A stretch of DNA of 64,000 nucleotides, from contig CAWFNS010000001.1 in NCBI GenBank assembly GCA_963817235.1, positions 74,951-138,950 on the forward strand, read 5' to 3'. The DNA comes from an uncultured Actinomycetes bacterium. Lineage in GTDB: Bacteria > Actinomycetota > UBA4738 > HRBIN12. Below the pieces are notes generated by a model. It saw only the letters and a list, made by a program, of their open reading frames with translations, had not been told where the DNA came from and searched no databases. Positions 58,756 to 64,000 of this stretch are shown piece after piece (the first letter of the stretch is position 1; every line of letters begins with the position of its first letter). A program made the translations under genes and the position numbers.

Positions 58756-60957
58756 TCATGCCGAGGGCTCGTGACCGAACCGGAGCGACCAGCCCCAGCG
58801 CGTCACGTACCAGAGCGCCTCCACGACGATGCCGCGGGAGATCTTGGACCGCCCGTGCTCCCGTTCGCGGAACGAGATCGGCGACTCACCCACGTCGAAC
58901 CCGAGCCGGTGCGCCCGCATCACGAGCTCGATCTGGAAGCCGTAGCCGTCGCTCGCGAACGGCGTCGCCAGGAGCGCCTCGAGCACCGCACGCCGGTAGA
59001 TCCGGTAGCCGCTCGTCGCGTCGTGGATCGGCACGCCGAGCATGAAGCGCGCGTAGGCGTTGCCGGCCCGCGACAGGGCGACCCGGGACCGGCTCCAGTT
59101 CGTGACGGTCCCTCCCGCGATGTACCGGCTGCCGACGGTCAGGTCGTGCGCGTCCGCGGCCCGCAGGAGGCCCTGGAGCTCCGCCGGATCGTGGGACAGG
59201 TCGGAGTCCATCTCGATCGCGACGTCGTACCCCTCCGAGAGCGCCAGACGGAACCCCTCCAGGTACGCGCTCGCCAGACCGGACTTCGCCGGCCGCTCGA
59301 GGAGCCGAACCCGCGGTTCGTCCGCCGCGATCGCGCGCACGATGTCGCCGGTGCCGTCGGGGGAGGAATCGTCGACGACGACGATGTCCGGGGGCGTCGG
59401 GCCGCCCAGGAGCCCCTCGATCACGCGTTGGATCGTCTCGCGCTCCTCGTACGTGGGCAGGACGGCGAGCGCGCGCAGGGGGGTCGGCAGACGGGGCCGG
59501 CGCGGGCCGGACCGTGGAGCGGCGACGAGGCGTCGAGCAGGAGAGCCACCAGGAGCACCACACAGAGCCACGGCAGCCAGTCCCCCATCCGCACGTACCA
59601 CGTGGTCGCGGTGGAGGTCCGGAGCCGGTCCCGCAGGATAGTCGTCTGGAACAGCCCCGTCCGCGCCACGACGCGGCCGTGGGTGTCGACGAAGGCCGAG
59701 ACCCCCGAGACGGCGGCGTCGACGATCCAGCGGCCGGTCTCGACCGCGCGCATCCGGCTCATCTGCAGGTGCTGGTCCGAGGCCGCCGTGAACCCGTACG
59801 ACGCGTTGTTGACCGGCACGACGAGGAACGTCGCGCCGTCGCGGACGAAGTCGCGCGGCAGGTCCGGGAAGGAGTTCTCGAAGCAGATCGGCGTCCCGAA
59901 CGGCGGAACGCCCGGCGCCGCCACCGTGTGCACCGAGCTCCCGGGGGTCCGGTCCACGGGGATCTGCTCGGTGGCGCTGATCCAGTCGAGCCTCGATCGC
60001 CACGGGACGTATTCGCCGAACGGCACGAGGTGGACCTTGTCGTAGCGGCCGATCAGCCGGCCGCGGCCGTCGAGGATCAACGCGCTCGTGAACTCCCGTC
60101 CGTCCGGTTCGTCCAGGACCGCGCCGATGGCGGCCGGGGCGCCGACCTCGGCGATCGCCGAGCGGACCGCCTGCACGGTGGCCGGATCGCTCGAGGCGCC
60201 GGGATCGAGCGCGCCCTCGCCCCACAGGACCAGGTCGGGCCGGGGTGCGCCGGCGAGGCTGCGGTGGACCTCGACGTTGCGCTCGGCGACGATCCGGTCC
60301 TCTTCGAGCCCATCGGTCCCCGGCGGAACCCGAACATCGACCTGGACGGCCGCCACGTCGAGGGAGCCGCCGTTCGGCTCGGAGAAGGGCACGAGGACGG
60401 GAGCGACGATCAGGGCCGCGGCGAGGACCGGCAGGGCCGCCCGGCGGCGCCCCCCTCCCCCGCCGACGGCCGTCTCGACGAGGAGCGCGTTCACGGCCGC
60501 GACGACGAACGTGACGCCCCAGACGCCGGCGAGACCCGCCAAGGGGAGCAGGACCCGGTCGTCTACCTGGGAGATCCCCAGGCTGCCCCAGGTGAACCCG
60601 CCGAGCGGCCACATCCCGCGGATCCAGTCGACGAGGGTCCACAGCGCGGCGAGGCCGACCGCGGTCCGCAGCGGCCTCCCCGTCCCTGATCACCGCCGGG
60701 CCGACCAGGCCGACGACCGCGACGGACAGTGCCGACAGGGTCACGAGCCCCACCCACGCCAACCCGCCGAACCGCAGGATCCAGTACAGGGTGGCGCCGT
60801 AGAACCCGACCCCGTAGACGAAGCCCAGGAGGGCCCCGCGACGCGGTCGTGCGCTCCGGAGGAGCCACAGGAACGGCGCCACCGCGACGAAGGCCAGCGG
60901 CCAGATCTCGGCCGGTGGGAACGCCAGGGACAGCAGCAGCCCGCTGGCCAGGCTCAC
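58756..60957 (-). CDS. ppm1: two-domain Ppm1: apolipoprotein N-acyltransferase-like (Lnt) domain fused to polyprenol-phosphate mannosyltransferase (GT2), at least 3 frameshifts
   Basis: N-terminal TM helices, MWPLGGFTWGSLGISQ...PICFENSFPDL...VPVNNASYG (CN-hydrolase) in one frame; C-terminal LAVLPTYEERETI...VVDDSSPDGTGD...DSDLSHDP...SGYRIYRR (Dpm1-like GT2) in main frame. Confidence 0.75.
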   Translation of the reverse strand: MSLASGLLLSLAFPPAEIWPLAFVAVAPFLWLLRSARPRRGALLGFVYGVGFYGATLYWILRFGGLAWVGLVTLSALSVAVVGLVGPAVIRDGEAAADRGRPRRAVDPRRLDPRDVAARRVHLGQPGDLPGRRPGPAPLGGSRRRLGRHVRRRGRERAPRRDGRRRGRGAPPGGPAGPRRGPDRRSRPRALLRAERRLPRRGGRPGRCSGSAGDRWARRGPDRRRAQRRGPPQPRRRTPARPGPVGRGRARSRRLERSGHRAGGPLGDRRGRRPGRHRRGPGRTGRTGVHERVDPRRPRPADRPLRQGPPRAVRRIRPVAIEARLDQRHRADPRGPDPRELGAHGGGAGRSAVRDADLLRELLPGPAARLRPRRRDVPRRAGQQRVVRVHGGLGPAPADEPDARGRDRPLDRRRRRLGGLGLRRHPRPRRGADGAVPDDYPAGPAPDLHRDHVVRADGGLAAVALCGAPGGSPARRLVAAPRSGPRRPRLPTPLRALAVLPTYEERETIQRVIEGLLGGPTPPDIVVVDDSSPDGTGDIVRAIAADEPRVRLLERPAKSGLASAYLEGFRLALSEGYDVAIEMDSDLSHDPAELQGLLRAADAHDLTVGSRYIAGGTVTNWSRSRVALSRAGNAYARFMLGVPIHDATSGYRIYRRAVLEALLATPFASDGYGFQIELVMRAHRLGFDVGESPISFREREHGRSKISRGIVVEALWYVTRWGWSLRFGHEPSA

Positions 60958-60995
60958 GAGCAGCTGCAGGGGAAGCGGGAGTCGGGGGGGCGCGC

Positions 60996-61382
60996 TCAGG
61001 CGCAGTCGCGGCAGAGCATCTTGCGCTTGTCGGCGAGCTGGCTCCGGTGCTTCACCAGGTAGCACTTCTTGCACATGAACTCCGTCGCCTGCATCGGGAC
61101 GACCCGGGCGTCCAGCGGCTCGAGCCGCTCGTCGCCCTTGATCGTCGTCGCGACCGCGGCCTCCTCTTCCTCCTCGGCCGCTTCCTCTTCGACCTCTCGG
61201 GTCTCCTGCTTGGCGAGGAGGTCCTGGATGGATTCGACGTCGCCGAGCCCCGGTTCGGGCGGCACCGTGGCTTCCGCCAGGTCCTGCTCGGTCGGCTCGG
61301 CGTCCTCCAGCGGGTCGTCGTCGTCGCTGAGGACGTCCTCTTCCTCCAGCGGTTCTTCGATCTGATCGATATCGTCGGGCAT
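60996..61382 (-). CDS. DUF4193-family acidic protein with C-terminal CxxC...CxxC zinc ribbon
   Basis: MPDDIDQIEEPLEEEDVLSDDDDPLED...ATEFMCKKCYLVKHRSQLADKRKMLCRDCA; GAGGGA SD. Confidence 0.65.
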   Translation of the reverse strand: MPDDIDQIEEPLEEEDVLSDDDDPLEDAEPTEQDLAEATVPPEPGLGDVESIQDLLAKQETREVEEEAAEEEEEAAVATTIKGDERLEPLDARVVPMQATEFMCKKCYLVKHRSQLADKRKMLCRDCA

Positions 61383-61564
61383 CGTTCGTCCCTCGGATGG
61401 CGGCGCGGGACGACCTCCATCCTCCGTTCGGGCGCGCATCCTACACCCAGTTCCCGCGGATGCAACCACGCGCGGCGTGCGCACGCCGTCGAACGCCCGA
61501 GCACACCGAGAACATTCCCGGAACGGGTCCGGAAGGGGCCGATCGTGGGTGTCGAACAGAAGTG

Positions 61565-61633
61565 AGGACCCAAGAGACCTTTGGGGCCGCAGCGCCGGGG
61601 CGCCGCGTTCTCTACTCAGCCTCTTGGGTCCTC
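61565..61633. other. long perfect stem-loop (13-bp arms GAGGACCCAAGAG / CTCTTGGGTCCTC, 43-nt loop with inner GCGCC/GGCGC hairpin)
   Basis: Seen directly in sequence between the amidohydrolase 3' end and the DUF4193 5' end. Confidence 0.5.
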
Positions 61634-61740
61634 GTGCGCCTCCGCCGGGGCGGTGGCGCAGGAGGGACCGTAGCCGCGCGCCGCCGGGACGGTCAACCCC
61701 CGCACCCCGAAAAGAGTGACAGAACCCTCCGCTGCGGCCG

Positions 61741-63252
61741 TTACGCGGCGAAGACGTCTCGACCGAGCGACACCGTCAGGATCGGTCGGAGTCCTTCCAC
61801 GTCGGCCGCCTCGAGCGGATCGACGTCGTAGGCGCAGAAGTCGGCATGCATCCCCGGCTCGAGCGATCCCTTCTTCTCTTCCTGATGGGCCAGTCGAGCG
61901 CTGCCCACGGTGTGGATCCGGATCGCTTCGATGCGCGACAGTCGTTCACCGGGAGCGTGGTGCCGCTCCATCGCGGCGATCGCGAGCCACGGGTCCGACG
62001 GGGTCACGGGCGAGTCGGACCCGGCCCCCAGGACGATCCCGCGGTCGAGCATCGTGCGGAACGGGTTCATGGCCGCCGCGCGCTCGGCCCCGACGCCGAC
62101 CTCGTACAGGCCGCCGAGCTGACCCCAGAGCCGGTCGAACGCGGGCTGCACCGACACCGCCAATCCGAGCATCGCGGCACGCTCGACGTGCGGGACGGAC
62201 GGCATCTCGAAATGCTCGATGCGGTGCCGGCGGGCGCGGAAGTGGCGCCGCTCGCGCGAATCCAGCGCGCCGTAGATCCGCTCCCACGCGCCGAGGACTT
62301 GCTCGATCGCCCGATCGCCGATCGCGTGGACACCGACCTGCAGCCCGGCGCCGTGCGCATCGTGGAAGAACCCCGCCAACTCGTCATCGTCGTAGTACGC
62401 GACCCCCTCGTCGGGACGGTCCGCGTACGGCGACGAGAGGGCGGCGGTCCTGGCCCCGATCGACCCGTCCACGGGAAGATCGCCACCGATCGTCGCCAGG
62501 CCGAGCTCGATCGCCCGCGGCACGTCCATCGTGGCCGGGATCGGCACGACGTCCACCGGGAGCTTGGCGCGATGCCGCAGCAGCACCTCGAGATCGCGTT
62601 CGCCGTCCTCCCTCGGCATCGACATCTCGTGGAGCGACGTCACGCCGCGCGCGGCGGCCAGAACCGCCGCGTCGAGCTGGAGCTCCTCGATGAGGTGCTC
62701 GGTCCGCGACGCGGCGAGCCATCGCCGGACGGCCCGGTTCGCCGCGCCGGTCACGCGCCCCGTCGGTGCCCCGTCCGGGCCACGTTCGAGCCCGGCGACG
62801 TCGTCGATGCCCGCGAGGCGGATCGTCGCCGCGTTCACGAGCGCGAGGTGACCGTCCGCGCGCCCGATCACGAGCGGCGCCGTCGAGGCGGCGTCGAGCT
62901 CCTCGATCCCCGGGTGCTCGGGCCGGTCCCACCGCGTCTCGTCGAAGCCGTGCAGGACCACGACCTCGGCCTCCGGGACGGCCCGCGCCCGCACCGCGGC
63001 GAGCAGCTCCTCCTTCGAGCGGACCTCGGACGACCCGTCACCGCGCAGCGACAGCCCGGTCGAGGTCAGATGGACGTGGCTGTCGATCAGACCGGGCACG
63101 ATCGTGGCGCCCGGCAACTCGACCAGCCGGTCGGCCTCCGGGGGCTCGCCCGAACCCACGCGTTGGACGTGCCGGTCATCGACGACGAGCCACTCGCCCG
63201 TTCGGGGGTGACCCAGCGTGTGCACACGCGCGGCACGGTAGAGGGTCTTCAC
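61741..63252 (-). CDS. metal-dependent amidohydrolase (Amidohydro_3-like)
   Basis: 503 aa; ...ATIVPGLIDSHVHL (HxH metal site) ... GVHAIGDRAI ... GAGSDSPV; GTGA overlap with upstream RT gene. Confidence 0.75.
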   Translation of the reverse strand: MKTLYRAARVHTLGHPRTGEWLVVDDRHVQRVGSGEPPEADRLVELPGATIVPGLIDSHVHLTSTGLSLRGDGSSEVRSKEELLAAVRARAVPEAEVVVLHGFDETRWDRPEHPGIEELDAASTAPLVIGRADGHLALVNAATIRLAGIDDVAGLERGPDGAPTGRVTGAANRAVRRWLAASRTEHLIEELQLDAAVLAAARGVTSLHEMSMPREDGERDLEVLLRHRAKLPVDVVPIPATMDVPRAIELGLATIGGDLPVDGSIGARTAALSSPYADRPDEGVAYYDDDELAGFFHDAHGAGLQVGVHAIGDRAIEQVLGAWERIYGALDSRERRHFRARRHRIEHFEMPSVPHVERAAMLGLAVSVQPAFDRLWGQLGGLYEVGVGAERAAAMNPFRTMLDRGIVLGAGSDSPVTPSDPWLAIAAMERHHAPGERLSRIEAIRIHTVGSARLAHQEEKKGSLEPGMHADFCAYDVDPLEAADVEGLRPILTVSLGRDVFAA

Positions 63253-63968
63253 GGCGACGCGATGATGGCATGCGACCGGGCCAGGACGAGGGAGGCCGAC
63301 CGCCCGACCCGCGCGAGCCGACGGCCGGGCTCACGAACCGTCTTCCCGTCGTGCGCCTCGAGGCCGAGGCTGGCGAGCGCCCGCCGCCATGCATCGAACG
63401 CACGCTCCGCGCCCAGCCGGTCCCGCCCCACGAGCACGACGTCGTCCACCCACCGGATCGGCACGGCGGCGGCCTCCACGACCGCGCGATCGGCGAAGCC
63501 GAGCACGGCGTTCGCGATGATGGCGGAGGGCTGCGGCCCGACCGGGAGGCCGCGCACCCCGGCGTCGTGGAGACCCCGGAGGAACCCGAGCAGGTCGGGG
63601 TCGTCGATCCCGACGCGCCCGAGCACGCGTGGGTCGATGGACGCGTAGCAATCGCGGACGTCGCTCACGATGATCGAGCCTCGTGGAGGGGTCGCCATGG
63701 CTCGATCGACGGCGCGGCGCCACCGTCGCCGGGCCGGACCCACGGCCTCGAGGTTGCCGAAACGGTCCGTCCGGTTCGCGAACGCACCTGCGCCGAGCCC
63801 TCGGTCGACCGCCGCCGCGTACGGCTGCACGAGCCGGCGGTACGCCGCGGCGTCACGAGGGTCGAGGTGTGCGATCGGTCGGGTGCCCCCGGCGGGTTTC
63901 GCGACGAGCTCCCATCGGATCGGCCCCGGCCGACGCGTGCACAGCATCTGATCCTCCCGTTCGGACAT
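63249..63968 (-). CDS. reverse-transcriptase-domain protein (fingers+palm only; N-terminus may continue beyond the window edge)
   Basis: RT motifs in order: KPAGGTRPIAHLDPRDAAAYRRLVQ (1-2), SDVRDCYASI (3), GLPVGPQPSAIIANAVL (4), IRWVDDVVL (5, F/YxDD-like), LGLEAHDGKT (6). Confidence 0.6.
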   Translation of the reverse strand: MSEREDQMLCTRRPGPIRWELVAKPAGGTRPIAHLDPRDAAAYRRLVQPYAAAVDRGLGAGAFANRTDRFGNLEAVGPARRRWRRAVDRAMATPPRGSIIVSDVRDCYASIDPRVLGRVGIDDPDLLGFLRGLHDAGVRGLPVGPQPSAIIANAVLGFADRAVVEAAAVPIRWVDDVVLVGRDRLGAERAFDAWRRALASLGLEAHDGKTVREPGRRLARVGRSASLVLARSHAIIASP

Positions 63969-64000
63969 CCCCGGGAGGAGATCGGGGCTCGCCGCCCATC

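Noticed and set aside
57493-60045. 850-aa plus-strand ORF
   Set aside because: Antisense to the surface-protein and ppm1 genes; Arg-rich translation with no motifs.
61846-63648. 600-aa plus-strand ORF
   Set aside because: Antisense to the amidohydrolase and RT genes, which carry clear catalytic motifs on the minus strand.

Overview
This window is a very GC-rich chromosomal segment, about 70% by eye, whose gene content and local gene order resemble the conserved core of Actinobacteria (Mycobacterium-like blocks). It carries: (i) the 3' end of rsmB/fmu, rpe, an orphan REC-GGDEF response regulator, and an FMN riboswitch followed by a complete rib operon (ribD-ribE-ribBA-ribH); (ii) infC-rpmI-rplT, then a TrmH/TsnR-like rRNA methyltransferase that reads through, without a stop, into a sensor-less histidine-kinase core; (iii) pheS-pheT, argF, mpg, a class A PBP and tyrS; (iv) one complete rRNA operon (16S-23S-5S) with promoter, leader motifs and terminator; (v) a housekeeping run (TPR protein, MBL hydrolase, AAA ATPase, DUF4386, SSB-like, DUF1015, HAD, tlyA-ppnK-recN-pyrG-nudix-xerD, dksA-like, deoB-deoA, trpS, scpA-scpB-rluB, aroH-tyrA-aroA-cmk-der, tRNA-Pro, pgsA, gcvH, a GarA-like FHA protein, MerR, dacB, hpt, BFN/DUF151, a McdR-like MerR regulator, gcvPA-gcvPB); (vi) a DUF11 surface protein with a sortase-like signal, a two-domain Lnt-Ppm1 fusion, a DUF4193 protein, and at the right edge an amidohydrolase whose start overlaps the stop of a small reverse-transcriptase-domain gene. 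No CRISPR array, IS element or prophage signature was seen. About 15 of roughly 60 genes, including essential ones (pheT, tyrS, aroA, recN), are interrupted by short indels or an in-frame stop. These include compensating +1/-1 pairs, so they look like clustered sequence or assembly errors rather than true decay, and all fusion or pseudogene calls here carry that caveat. All calls come from reading the six-frame translations and the DNA by eye; no searches were run.
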